Part shown: one piece after another, positions 18,427 to 27,690 of the stretch
Numbering within the stretch: the stretch's first letter is position 1
How the letters are laid out: each line of letters starts with the position of its first letter
Virus record (IMG/VR): IMGVR_UViG_3300012933_000168
Strand: one strand, 5' to 3'
Origin: an uncultured virus (IMG/VR IMGVR_UViG_3300012933_000168)
Taxonomy: Duplodnaviria > Heunggongvirae > Uroviricota > Caudoviricetes
DNA: 64,000 nucleotides
Program-made: the position numbers and the translations under genes
The notes under the pieces: model-generated
The model's input: the letters and a program-made list of their open reading frames with translations, nothing else
Databases searched by the model: none
Told to the model about the DNA's origin: nothing

Positions 18427-21093
18427 ATGGCAATCGTACTCAAAGACCGAGTTAAAGAATCCACCGCCGTTACCGGCACGGGCACGGCTACATTGCTTGG
18501 CGCAGCTGCGGGCTACCAAGCGTTTTCTGTCATTGGTAACGGCAACACTACCTACTACGCAATCGTGGATGCCGAGAACGGCACATGGGAAGTAGGTACG
18601 GGCACGTACAGCACGACAGGCCCAACGCTGACACGTACTACAGTTTTTGAATCCAGCAACGCCGGTGCGTTGGTTGACTTTGCCGCTGGCGCAAAGGATG
18701 TGTTCATCACGTACCCAGCTGAGCGAGCCATCTATGAAGAGCCTTCTGGTAACACCCTGATTGACGGTGGTCCTCTGACTGTTGTTGGTGCCGGTGTCAC
18801 AGGCTACACCAGCTTCTCCGCCGTGCTTGCCGAGTTGTACGGAAACGTGGATTCGTTTGCGCAGTTGTACGCTCAGAACTTGAACGATGGCTCCTCAGCT
18901 TCTGCTGACCTTGTTGCGTACAACGACCTCGGTGATGGCCTGACAAACTTTGTAGACGTGGGCATCAACAGCTCAAACTACACATCCGTTGACTACCCCA
19001 TCTTCACGCCAAACTCCGCTTACCTGTTTAACGACGGTGGTGAGATGTTTGTCGGTAGCGCCACTGATGATGTGGTGTTCTTTGCTGGTGGTGTTGACAC
19101 TACCGATGAAGCAGCCCGTATCGACAAAACAACCAAAGCTCTGACCACTGCAGCTGATGTAAATGTTGGCGCTGATCTGGACGTTGTTGGCGCAACAACT
19201 TTTGGCTCGACTGTCACTCTGGATGCCAACCCAACAACAGCGCTCGAAGCGGCGACTAAGCAGTACGTTGACTCTGCGGTGTCTACTGGGTTTGTGGTTC
19301 ATGGAGCAGTGCTTCTGGCTACAGCGGCGGCGCTCCCGTCCAATACATACAACAACGGTACCGCTGGGGTTGGCGCGACACTGACTGGCTTGAGTATTGC
19401 CCAGCTTGAAATTGACGGCGTGCCTGTAACTGTTGGCGACCGTGTGCTGGTTAAAGATGAGGCGGCTCCAGCCAATAACGGCGCTTACACAGTTACTGTC
19501 GACGGAAGTTCGGCGGTTTATGTTCTGACCCGTACAACAGACTTTGACACTGTTGGAGCCGGAGAGGTGGCGACTAACGCGTACTTCTACGTAACAGCCG
19601 GTGATACGAACATTGGTTCTTCATGGATTATGTCGCAGACTGCGGCTATCACCATCGGCACAACAGCGCTTCCTTTTGACTTATTTGCTCAGCCGATCGG
19701 TTACGCCGTTGTGTCCCCGCTGAACCTGACAGGTACGACACTTTCTTTGGCGGGCACTGTTGCGGCTACGAACGGTGGCACAGGTACGGCTACGGTGACA
19801 ACAGGCGATCTGCTCTACGGCTCAGGTACAAACACTTGGGGCAAACTAGCAGCCGGTGCGGGTTACAAGTCTTTGGTGATGAACGCTGGCGGCACGAACG
19901 TCGAGTGGAACGCTGTCGCTTTGAACCAATCAGGCGCTGTGTCAGGTGCTCTTGGTGCTACGAACGGCGGTACAGGCCAAAACGCATACGCTGTTGGCGA
20001 CATTCTGTATTCTGGTGTAACCGACACACTGAGCAAATTGGCGGGCAACACAACCACGACCAAGAAGTACCTCATCCAAACAGGTACAGGTTCAGGTTCC
20101 GCCGCCCCTGAGTGGAGCACGATTGCTGGCGCGGATGTGGGCGGTGCGGTATCTTCAGCTACTAACGTAGCAGGCGGCGCGGCCAACCAAATCGTCTATC
20201 AGTCAGGTTCTGGCGCTACGGCATTTGCTACTGCTCCGACTACCTCCGGCACCTTCTTGGGCTGGAACGGCTCTGCATTGGCTTGGGCTGCTGCTGGCGC
20301 GACGATCACAGACGACACCACAACAAACGCTTCGTACTACCCAGTGTGGGCGAACGGTACATCGGGTTCCCTGACTACGGCTTATGTGTCTAGCACCAAG
20401 ATGTCGTTCAACCCCAGCACCGGCGTGTTAACTGCCTCGGGCTTCTCTGGTCCTTTGACCGGTAACGTCACGGGTAACGCTTCTGGTTCTGCTGGTTCTG
20501 TTACCAACGCGGTAACTTTCGCTGCCTCTGGTGGCGCGGCTGCGGGTACAACCTACAACGGTTCTGCTGCTCGTACCGTTGACTACAGCTCTGTTGGCGC
20601 ACAGGCCGCTCTGGTCAGCGGCACAAACATCAAGACCGTCAACGGAACTACACTGCTCGGCTCAGGTAACTTAGCTGTTTCCGCTTCCCCTGCCGGTTCT
20701 AGTAGTCAAGTGCAGTACAACTCTGGAGGCGCGTTTGCTGGCTCAGCTAACTTGGTTTTTGACGGCACAAACTTGACTTGCGGCGGAACGATCACCGCTA
20801 ACTCGGATGAGTCTTTGAAGACAAACTGGCGCGACCTCCCTGCCGACTTCGTTGAGCAACTGGCCAAAGTGAAGCACGGTACGTATGACCGCGTGGATGT
20901 GGAGTTGACCCAAGACGGTGTGTCTGCGCAGTCGCTGCAAAACCTGCTGCCAAACTCTGTCCTCAAAGGCGAAGACGGCAAACTCTCTGTGGCCTACGGC
21001 AATGCTGCCTTGGTCGCTGCTATCGCACTTGCTGAGCGCGTTGTACAACTCGAAGCAATCGTGGCAAAATTGACCCAAGGAGCCTCTGAATGA
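18427..21093 (+). CDS. Tail fibre with C-terminal S74-type intramolecular chaperone
   Basis: LKDRVKE N-terminus; AATKQYVD; GDRVLVKD..NGAY; NGGTG repeats; SDESLK cleavage-type motif; terminal coiled coil. Confidence 0.85.
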   Translation: MAIVLKDRVKESTAVTGTGTATLLGAAAGYQAFSVIGNGNTTYYAIVDAENGTWEVGTGTYSTTGPTLTRTTVFESSNAGALVDFAAGAKDVFITYPAERAIYEEPSGNTLIDGGPLTVVGAGVTGYTSFSAVLAELYGNVDSFAQLYAQNLNDGSSASADLVAYNDLGDGLTNFVDVGINSSNYTSVDYPIFTPNSAYLFNDGGEMFVGSATDDVVFFAGGVDTTDEAARIDKTTKALTTAADVNVGADLDVVGATTFGSTVTLDANPTTALEAATKQYVDSAVSTGFVVHGAVLLATAAALPSNTYNNGTAGVGATLTGLSIAQLEIDGVPVTVGDRVLVKDEAAPANNGAYTVTVDGSSAVYVLTRTTDFDTVGAGEVATNAYFYVTAGDTNIGSSWIMSQTAAITIGTTALPFDLFAQPIGYAVVSPLNLTGTTLSLAGTVAATNGGTGTATVTTGDLLYGSGTNTWGKLAAGAGYKSLVMNAGGTNVEWNAVALNQSGAVSGALGATNGGTGQNAYAVGDILYSGVTDTLSKLAGNTTTTKKYLIQTGTGSGSAAPEWSTIAGADVGGAVSSATNVAGGAANQIVYQSGSGATAFATAPTTSGTFLGWNGSALAWAAAGATITDDTTTNASYYPVWANGTSGSLTTAYVSSTKMSFNPSTGVLTASGFSGPLTGNVTGNASGSAGSVTNAVTFAASGGAAAGTTYNGSAARTVDYSSVGAQAALVSGTNIKTVNGTTLLGSGNLAVSASPAGSSSQVQYNSGGAFAGSANLVFDGTNLTCGGTITANSDESLKTNWRDLPADFVEQLAKVKHGTYDRVDVELTQDGVSAQSLQNLLPNSVLKGEDGKLSVAYGNAALVAAIALAERVVQLEAIVAKLTQGASE

Positions 21094-21983
21094 GCACGTA
21101 CTCAACCAACCTCGGTATCGAACTTATCACCAACGGCACACAAGCCGGTGTGTGGGGGACGACGACCAACACAAACTTAGGCACGCTCATTGAGCAGGCC
21201 ATCTCAGGCTACCAAACCCAAGCGGTGACAGGCGGTACTGACACCATCACGATGCCCAACGGCTCGACTGGCGTTGCCCGTAACATGTTCTTGGAGCTGA
21301 CCGGCACAGGTGGCGGCAACTTGGTTGTCCCGGCTAAGAAGAAGCTGTACTTCATCTACAACAACACGGGTAGCGGCGGCGCAGTGACGGTCAAAGTCTC
21401 TGGCCAAACAGGCGTTGCTGTACCAGCGGGCGCAAAGATTCTGTTGGTGTGTGACGGCACAGACGTTGAGCTGGCCACGAACTACATGATCTCGCCGACG
21501 TTCAGCTCCCCAACAATGTCTTCCCCTACCGTGACAGGTACAGCGGTGTTGACCGGCGCTTCGGTTACTGCTGGCACATTCAACAGCCCCACGTTGGTAA
21601 CCCCCGCTTTGGGCACACCTGCTTCAGGTACGCTGACAAACACTACTGGGCTTCCTGTTGCCACAGGCATTTCTGGTTTGGGCACAGGCGTGGCCACCGC
21701 TTTAGCGGTAAATGTCGGCTCCGCCGGTGCGCCAGTCGTGAACGGTGGGGTGTTAGGCACGCCTTCTTCTGGCACGTTGACAAACTGTACGTTCCCTACA
21801 TTGAACCAAAACACGACTGGTACGGCGGCTAGTACACCCAAACTCTTGACTTCAAACTTCACTGTAGAAGAATCTGGCGGCAACCTTGTGTTTAAATACG
21901 GTTCCACATTGATCGCCACGCTGTCTTCAGCAGGCGTATTCACAGCGTTGGGTGACATCACATCTGACGACACACTAGCATAA
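21090..21983 (+). CDS. Tail fibre/spike protein
   Basis: WGTTTNTN N-terminus; PALGTPASGTLTN repeats. Confidence 0.8.
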   Translation: MSTYSTNLGIELITNGTQAGVWGTTTNTNLGTLIEQAISGYQTQAVTGGTDTITMPNGSTGVARNMFLELTGTGGGNLVVPAKKKLYFIYNNTGSGGAVTVKVSGQTGVAVPAGAKILLVCDGTDVELATNYMISPTFSSPTMSSPTVTGTAVLTGASVTAGTFNSPTLVTPALGTPASGTLTNTTGLPVATGISGLGTGVATALAVNVGSAGAPVVNGGVLGTPSSGTLTNCTFPTLNQNTTGTAASTPKLLTSNFTVEESGGNLVFKYGSTLIATLSSAGVFTALGDITSDDTLA

Positions 21984-21993
21984 GGAGTAAATC

Positions 21994-22410
21994 ATGGCAG
22001 CAACACTCAACGCATCTGGGCTTGTCACAAGTGACGGTAGCCCATTTTATTCAAACGCATACGGAACAGGCATAGGTAGTTACTGTGTGTTTTTTAACTC
22101 CAGCGGCACTTACACTTTACCTAACACTACTATATCCGGCTCTTACTTGTTTTATCCGTCGGTTGGTGCTAACTACACCGCTACTAGTTATCCAAGCGGT
22201 TGGACTAGCGTGAGCACGTATGCCTTCGGGTTGCCGAACGCGGTAAACAGAACATCAACATTTCAGTCTGGTACTGGTGCTAACATTTTGCAAATGGTCT
22301 GTGTGGCTACTGGCACATGGCGAAGGATGTCAGGATTGCAGAGGACATTGTTTGACTCCTGCGCTGGGCAGTCGAGTTTTAACCCCGGGCTGTACGTTAG
22401 AATTTCTTGA
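21994..22410 (+). CDS. Fibre-tip / receptor-binding-like protein
   Basis: GTWR.M..LYVRIS C-terminus; locally AT-richer. Confidence 0.65.
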   Translation: MAATLNASGLVTSDGSPFYSNAYGTGIGSYCVFFNSSGTYTLPNTTISGSYLFYPSVGANYTATSYPSGWTSVSTYAFGLPNAVNRTSTFQSGTGANILQMVCVATGTWRRMSGLQRTLFDSCAGQSSFNPGLYVRIS

Positions 22411-22419
22411 GGAGTACTT

Positions 22420-22674
22420 ATGTTAACTGTAGAACACGCACAAAACTTACGATGGGCAAACCAAGAAAACGATTACTTTGACTGCGAAGTAAAGTTTAAA
22501 GAGTTTGCTGAGGTTATGCCTTTTACTTGCAACGTGGCTGACCCCATTGCCCATTCCGTTGATTTATGGACTCGGGCGCATGGTGGAGAGTTTGGCGACA
22601 TTCAACCCTACACAGAGCCAGAGCAAATTGCAACTGAGCCGCAACCAGATGTGTCTGGAGCGCAAACGCTGTGA
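22420..22674 (+). CDS. Tail fibre assembly-like protein
   Basis: PFT...D..H...GEFGDI motif; follows fibre genes. Confidence 0.65.
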   Translation: MLTVEHAQNLRWANQENDYFDCEVKFKEFAEVMPFTCNVADPIAHSVDLWTRAHGGEFGDIQPYTEPEQIATEPQPDVSGAQTL

Positions 22675-22841
22675 CCTACTTTGAGTCTACTCCCGAGTTT
22701 CGAGTTCTTGTATCACAAGAGGGGCAAGAGCGCCTTCAAGTGCGTTACATCAATCAAGCGCAGGGGTATACAGGCTCGTGGCAAGACGTGCCAGTGGTGA
22801 AAGAAAATGAACTTAGTACAAGTAACGCACCAAGTAATTAG
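22671..22841 (+). CDS. Small hypothetical protein (56 aa)
   Basis: GTGA overlap with GGAG RBS; MTYFESTPEFRVLV..WQDVPVV. Confidence 0.55.
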   Translation: MTYFESTPEFRVLVSQEGQERLQVRYINQAQGYTGSWQDVPVVKENELSTSNAPSN

Positions 22842-23085
22842 CGATGGCGCTCAGTTGAATGTTTACCACGCCAACAAAGGCGATGGATTGCCACGCCATG
22901 AGCATATTTACTCTCACGTAACTATGTGTCATTCAGGCTCAATCAAAGTTAGCAATCAGAATCGCAGCATTGTGATGACCAAAGACACGCAGCCTGTGAA
23001 CTTGGTGGCAAATGAGTGGCATGAAATAGAAGCAATGGAAGACGGAACTGTTTTTGTGAATCTGTTTGCCGAAGGTAAATACTAA
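22807..23085 (+). CDS. Cupin-fold protein
   Basis: LPRHEH.YSH..C..G..WHEIEA.EDGTVF. Confidence 0.8.
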   Translation: MNLVQVTHQVISDGAQLNVYHANKGDGLPRHEHIYSHVTMCHSGSIKVSNQNRSIVMTKDTQPVNLVANEWHEIEAMEDGTVFVNLFAEGKY

Positions 23086-23088
23086 GGT

Positions 23089-23820
23089 GTGGACCCAATC
23101 AGTCTTCTCCTCATGGCGCAAAGCGCAGTCGGTGCTATCCGCGCTGGCTGTCAAATGCTCAGTGAAGGGAAGGCTGAAATTGGCAAGTTCAAAAAGCAAG
23201 TCGAAGGTGGAATCGCCGACGCCAAAGCAATCTACGCAGAAGTCACAGGACTTTGGGCGTGGGTTACTGGACTTTTTCGAAGCTCAGGACCGGCTAAACC
23301 TGTACCTGAAAAACAAGTTACTGCCGCCGCCGAGCCAGCCAAATCACCCGAGAAAAAATCCAAACGGGAGTCAGAACTAAGTTACGAGGAGTTTCAGGCT
23401 CGTGCAGTGCATGAGATTTGTGAGAATTTGAAGGTCTATTTTGAGGCGATTCGTCAACTCAAAATCCATTGTCGGGAACTTGAAGAAGAAGCTCTCACCA
23501 CCGAGAAGGTTGCCGACAGTGCTATCGACCGCATCGAAATCCAGTGGCAAATGCAGCAGTTGTCCAAGCAGCTCAAGCAGGCCATGATTTACGGTACGCC
23601 AGAGGAGCTGGGGCTTGGGTCGATGTACCAAGAGTTCTTAGCTAAGTACGATGAAATTTTGGAAGAGCAGGAGGTTGCTCGTGAAGTCAAACGCAAGAAA
23701 GAACGAGACAGCGCATGGCGACACGAGCACCGCAAACAAATTCTGGTGGCCAAAGTGGGCTACGTAATCGTGATAACGGTCGGGGTCCTGTGGACGACGG
23801 CGTTGTATTCCGCTCTATGA
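23089..23820 (+). CDS. Coiled-coil protein with C-terminal TM (lysis region)
   Basis: MDPISLL start; C-terminal hydrophobic helix. Confidence 0.75.
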   Translation: MDPISLLLMAQSAVGAIRAGCQMLSEGKAEIGKFKKQVEGGIADAKAIYAEVTGLWAWVTGLFRSSGPAKPVPEKQVTAAAEPAKSPEKKSKRESELSYEEFQARAVHEICENLKVYFEAIRQLKIHCRELEEEALTTEKVADSAIDRIEIQWQMQQLSKQLKQAMIYGTPEELGLGSMYQEFLAKYDEILEEQEVAREVKRKKERDSAWRHEHRKQILVAKVGYVIVITVGVLWTTALYSAL

Positions 23821-23996
23821 AGGAGTTCTACTGGTGGGTGCTTGTTGTCACGTTCATCTTGGTGCTGCTGGGTTTCTCCGCCGCACTTGCATTGCACGCT
23901 GACAAACAAGTACGCAAAGCCGAGATAATCCTGCAACGCGCTGAACAACTGGAAAAGAAGCGCCTAGCGAAACTTGAACCTAAGAAGGACGAATAA
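23817..23996 (+). CDS. Small TM protein (possible spanin or holin accessory)
   Basis: ATGA overlap; MKEFYWWVLVVTFILVLLG then a charged tail. Confidence 0.6.
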   Translation: MKEFYWWVLVVTFILVLLGFSAALALHADKQVRKAEIILQRAEQLEKKRLAKLEPKKDE

Positions 23997-24478
23997 TGTT
24001 ACCAATCGTTGCAGGCATCGTAGCCAACCTCATAAACAACGGGATGCACAAGGTCGCCGACCAAGTCATTGAGAAGGGCGTAGATGCTGTTCAAGCCAAG
24101 CTAGGTATTGAGCTCAAGCCTGAAGGCGAAGCCACACCTGAGTACAACGCCAAGCTGCAAGAAGAGGCCAACCGTCACTCTGAGTTCATGGCCGAGCTGG
24201 ACGAGAAGTCTACCCAGCGTGCATCGGATATGTATATGCAGGACGACAGCACAAAACGCTTCACCCAGCAGTACGCTTGGTTCCTGAGCATTGTGACCTT
24301 TGCTTACTTCTTCATTGTTTCGTTCGTCAACATCGAGAACAAGAACCGCGACTTCGTGAACATCATCTTGGGTTTCCTGATTGGCACTGCGCTAAACAGC
24401 TTGATTCGCTTCTTCTACGGTAGTAGCAACAAGAGCCAAGAGGCTTTGGACCAGAAGCAAAAGGACCAAGACAAATGA
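23996..24478 (+). CDS. Putative holin
   Basis: Two TM helices ending FFYGSS; directly before the endolysin. Confidence 0.7.
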   Translation: MLPIVAGIVANLINNGMHKVADQVIEKGVDAVQAKLGIELKPEGEATPEYNAKLQEEANRHSEFMAELDEKSTQRASDMYMQDDSTKRFTQQYAWFLSIVTFAYFFIVSFVNIENKNRDFVNIILGFLIGTALNSLIRFFYGSSNKSQEALDQKQKDQDK

Positions 24479-25134
24479 CACCTACTCTCGCCGACTTGCA
24501 AGCTGCTAAGGTAAAAGACCCAGCCAAGTGGTTGGAGGCTATTGTGCAGACTTGCCAAGAGTTTGAAATTAACACGCCCCAGCGCATTGCTGGGTTCTTG
24601 GCGCAGACTTCCCATGAGTCCGGTGGCTACACCATGCTGTCGGAGAATTTGAACTACCGTGCGGCTACGCTGGCCGCGTGTTGGCCCAACCGCTTCGCTG
24701 TGCTTGGCCCCGACAAGAAACCCGTCAAGGATAAGCAGGGCAAACTGACCCCGACCGCTGTGGCTAACAGCATAGCCGGTAAGGCGGAGCTCATCGCAAA
24801 TTTGGTTTACAGCTCACGTATGGGCAACGGACCTGCTGAATCCGGCGAGGGCTGGGCGTTTCGCGGGCGCGGGCTCAAACAATTAACTGGCAAATTCAAC
24901 TATGAAAAATGCGGGCTTGGGCTGGGTCTTGATCTTGTCGGTAATCCTGATTTGCTGCTTGAACCTATTAACGCCGCCCGATCAGCCGGATGGTTCTGGA
25001 AAACGAACGCCCTATCCACATTCGCCGACGCTGGCGACATCAAGGGTATGACCAAGAAAATTAACGGTGGTTACATTGGCCTAGAAGCACGACAAGCGCT
25101 ATATGATGCGTGCTATGGACAGTGCCGCGCCTAA
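24475..25134 (+). CDS. GH19 (chitinase-like) endolysin
   Basis: FLAQTSHESGG, ENLNY, FRGRGLKQLTGK.NY, SAGWFW, TKKINGG. Confidence 0.92.
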   Translation: MTPTLADLQAAKVKDPAKWLEAIVQTCQEFEINTPQRIAGFLAQTSHESGGYTMLSENLNYRAATLAACWPNRFAVLGPDKKPVKDKQGKLTPTAVANSIAGKAELIANLVYSSRMGNGPAESGEGWAFRGRGLKQLTGKFNYEKCGLGLGLDLVGNPDLLLEPINAARSAGWFWKTNALSTFADAGDIKGMTKKINGGYIGLEARQALYDACYGQCRA

Positions 25135-25150
25135 GTGAGAAAATCCCACC

Positions 25151-27373
25151 ATGCCTTTACAGAAACTGCAATTCCGCCCCGGTGTAAACCGTGAAGGCAC
25201 GACTCTCGCTAACGAGGGTGGTTGGTTTGAAACCGACAAGGTCCGCTTCCGCTCAGGCTACCCCGAAAAAATTGGTGGTTGGGAAAAAGACACGGGCACA
25301 GACGCTTCTACTTTGCAACCGCCGACTGGCGTGTTCTGGGGCGTATGCCGTGCAATGTGGAATTGGTTGAACCTGTCTGGCTACAACCTGCTGGCGTTGG
25401 GCACCAACCTCAAGTACTACATCCAAAACGGCGCGGACGGATTCATCTACGACGTTACGCCGATTCGATACACAACTACGGCTGGCGCAGCTACATTTGT
25501 AGCTACGACTGGCTCTAACATCCTCACTGTCAATGATATTGCTCACGGTGCAGAGAACGGCGACTTTGTAACTTTTAGCGCCGCCGTAACGCTAGGTGGC
25601 AACATCACTGCTGACATTCTCAATGCTGAGCATCAGATCACATATCTAAGCCCGACTCAGTACACCATCACGGTGTCCGTTAACGCTAACAGCAGCGACG
25701 TGGGCGACGGCGGCTCAGCCACTATTGCGCAGTACCAGATCAACACCGGCAACACCGTCTACACATTTGGCGTTGGTTGGGGCGCTGGTGCTTGGGGTGG
25801 CGCGACTGTTGGTGGAGTTTTCTCTACGTTAAGCGCAGGTATCAACGCATCAGCTACAACTATTTCTCTGGTAGACGCATCGAGTTTCCCCGCGTCGGGC
25901 CAGATACTGATTGACTCTGAGCTCATTAATTACGCGGCCAAGTCCACGAACGACTTGACTGGCTGTACCCGTGGAGTAGAAAGCACCACTGCTGCTACTC
26001 ACTCTAGCGGCGCGACGGTTCAAGACACGGCAGCGTTTGTCGCTTGGGGTGAAGCCGCCCCGTCTGTTGGGGGTCTTGGTGAACAGATTCGTTTGTGGAG
26101 TCAATCAAACTACGGCGGCGATTTGATTTTCAACCCCCGTGGTGGCGCTATGTACTATTGGGCGAACAACACAAACCCCAACGTGTTTGATCGTGGGCAG
26201 CTCCTCGGCCCAAGCGCAAACATCGTTACTCAATACGGCACAACCGCTGTGGATGCGTACTGCCCTTCAGTGGCCAACATTGTGTTGGTGTCCGACAACT
26301 CTCGGTTCATCATTGCCTTTGGCTGTAATGACGTGCTCAACTCCGATGCGCCGCTGGCTCAAAACCCTCTGTTTATTGCTTGGTCCGACCAAGAGAACTT
26401 TGCTGTGTGGGACCCCACCGACATTACGAACCAAGCAGGTCAGTACCAGCTCAGCCATGGCTCTGAAATCGTGGCCATCCAACAGACACGCCAAGAGATT
26501 TTGACGTTCACTGATTCTGCTATCTATTCGATGCAGTACCTCGGTCCACCTTACGTGTGGGGCTTCCAGCTCATGGGCGACAACATTTCGGTGATTGGTC
26601 CCAACGCTGTGTCGACCGCCAACAACGTGACCTACTGGATGGGCACCGACAAGTTCTACATGTACTCCGGTCGTGTGGAGACGCTCCCCTGCGCGTTGCG
26701 TCAGTATGTGTTCCAAGACATCAATATGCAGCAGGCGTTCCAAGTGTTCTCCGGCACTAGCGAAGGCTACAACGAAATTTGGTGGTTCTACTGCTCAGGT
26801 TCTTCGACAACCATTGACAAGTACGTGGTGTTCAACCACTTGGAGCGCACTTGGTATTACGGCACTATGGAGCGCACCGCTTGGCTTGACAGCCCACTGC
26901 GCGATGTACCCATGGCCACTGCTTACGGCGAACCCGGCGGTGATGCCAACGGCGTATTGGTCTACCACGAGACAGGAAATGATGATGGAACCACTAGCCC
27001 TGCTTCACCTATTGAGGCGTATTGCCAGTCTTCAGATTTCGACATTGGTGATGGCCATAACTTCGGTCTTGTGTCTCGCATCATTCCTGATGTGACCTTT
27101 GATGGCTCAGATGTAGCGCAGCCGACTGTGACGTTTACTGTGCGCCCACGCCAGAACCCCGGTGCTAACTACGGCACATCGAATAGCCCTGATGTGGATA
27201 GCGTGAACAACTACGCCAACCAGCGTACATACAACGTGCAGCAGTTCACTCAGTATGTCTACGTCCGAGTCCGTGGTCGTCAAATGGCGTTCCGTGTTGG
27301 CTCAAATGACTTGGGCGTGGCATGGCAGCTCGGCGCTCCTCGCATTGATATTCGACCAGACGGGAGACGTTAA
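25151..27373 (+). CDS. Tail nozzle / tail tubular protein B-like
   Basis: 740 aa, beta-propeller-like (IAWSDQE, WMG...FY.Y.G, EIWWFY); precedes the ejection genes. Confidence 0.75.
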   Translation: MPLQKLQFRPGVNREGTTLANEGGWFETDKVRFRSGYPEKIGGWEKDTGTDASTLQPPTGVFWGVCRAMWNWLNLSGYNLLALGTNLKYYIQNGADGFIYDVTPIRYTTTAGAATFVATTGSNILTVNDIAHGAENGDFVTFSAAVTLGGNITADILNAEHQITYLSPTQYTITVSVNANSSDVGDGGSATIAQYQINTGNTVYTFGVGWGAGAWGGATVGGVFSTLSAGINASATTISLVDASSFPASGQILIDSELINYAAKSTNDLTGCTRGVESTTAATHSSGATVQDTAAFVAWGEAAPSVGGLGEQIRLWSQSNYGGDLIFNPRGGAMYYWANNTNPNVFDRGQLLGPSANIVTQYGTTAVDAYCPSVANIVLVSDNSRFIIAFGCNDVLNSDAPLAQNPLFIAWSDQENFAVWDPTDITNQAGQYQLSHGSEIVAIQQTRQEILTFTDSAIYSMQYLGPPYVWGFQLMGDNISVIGPNAVSTANNVTYWMGTDKFYMYSGRVETLPCALRQYVFQDINMQQAFQVFSGTSEGYNEIWWFYCSGSSTTIDKYVVFNHLERTWYYGTMERTAWLDSPLRDVPMATAYGEPGGDANGVLVYHETGNDDGTTSPASPIEAYCQSSDFDIGDGHNFGLVSRIIPDVTFDGSDVAQPTVTFTVRPRQNPGANYGTSNSPDVDSVNNYANQRTYNVQQFTQYVYVRVRGRQMAFRVGSNDLGVAWQLGAPRIDIRPDGRR

Positions 27374-27690
27374 TGGGAAATCGTATTGCAATTGCCCCAC
27401 GACTGCTCGCCGCGCCGGTAGAATACGACCAGCGGTTTATGGACGACCTGACAAACACTTTGCGTTTGTACTTTAACCAACTGGACAATGCTTCGCCGAT
27501 GGCAGCGGCATCCCAAGGAGTAGGTACAACTAAAGTGATTTCTGGGTTGAACTTTAGTCAGCCAGACCCAACAACGCCGGGCTCATTTCAGCTCAGCTTG
27601 CCAACACAGGCTGACTTAGCTAACCTACGAGTGGGTGATGTCTATGTGGACACAACTGCTGGGGCCAACACATTGAAGGTAAAAGTATGA
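27373..27690 (+). CDS. Small tail-associated protein
   Basis: P.EYD..LRLYFNQLD; coupled to the nozzle gene. Confidence 0.7.
   Translation: MGNRIAIAPRLLAAPVEYDQRFMDDLTNTLRLYFNQLDNASPMAAASQGVGTTKVISGLNFSQPDPTTPGSFQLSLPTQADLANLRVGDVYVDTTAGANTLKVKV

Noticed and set aside
18427..22410. Diversity-generating retroelement or invertible fibre switch
   Set aside because: No reverse transcriptase or invertase, and no template/variable repeat pair seen.
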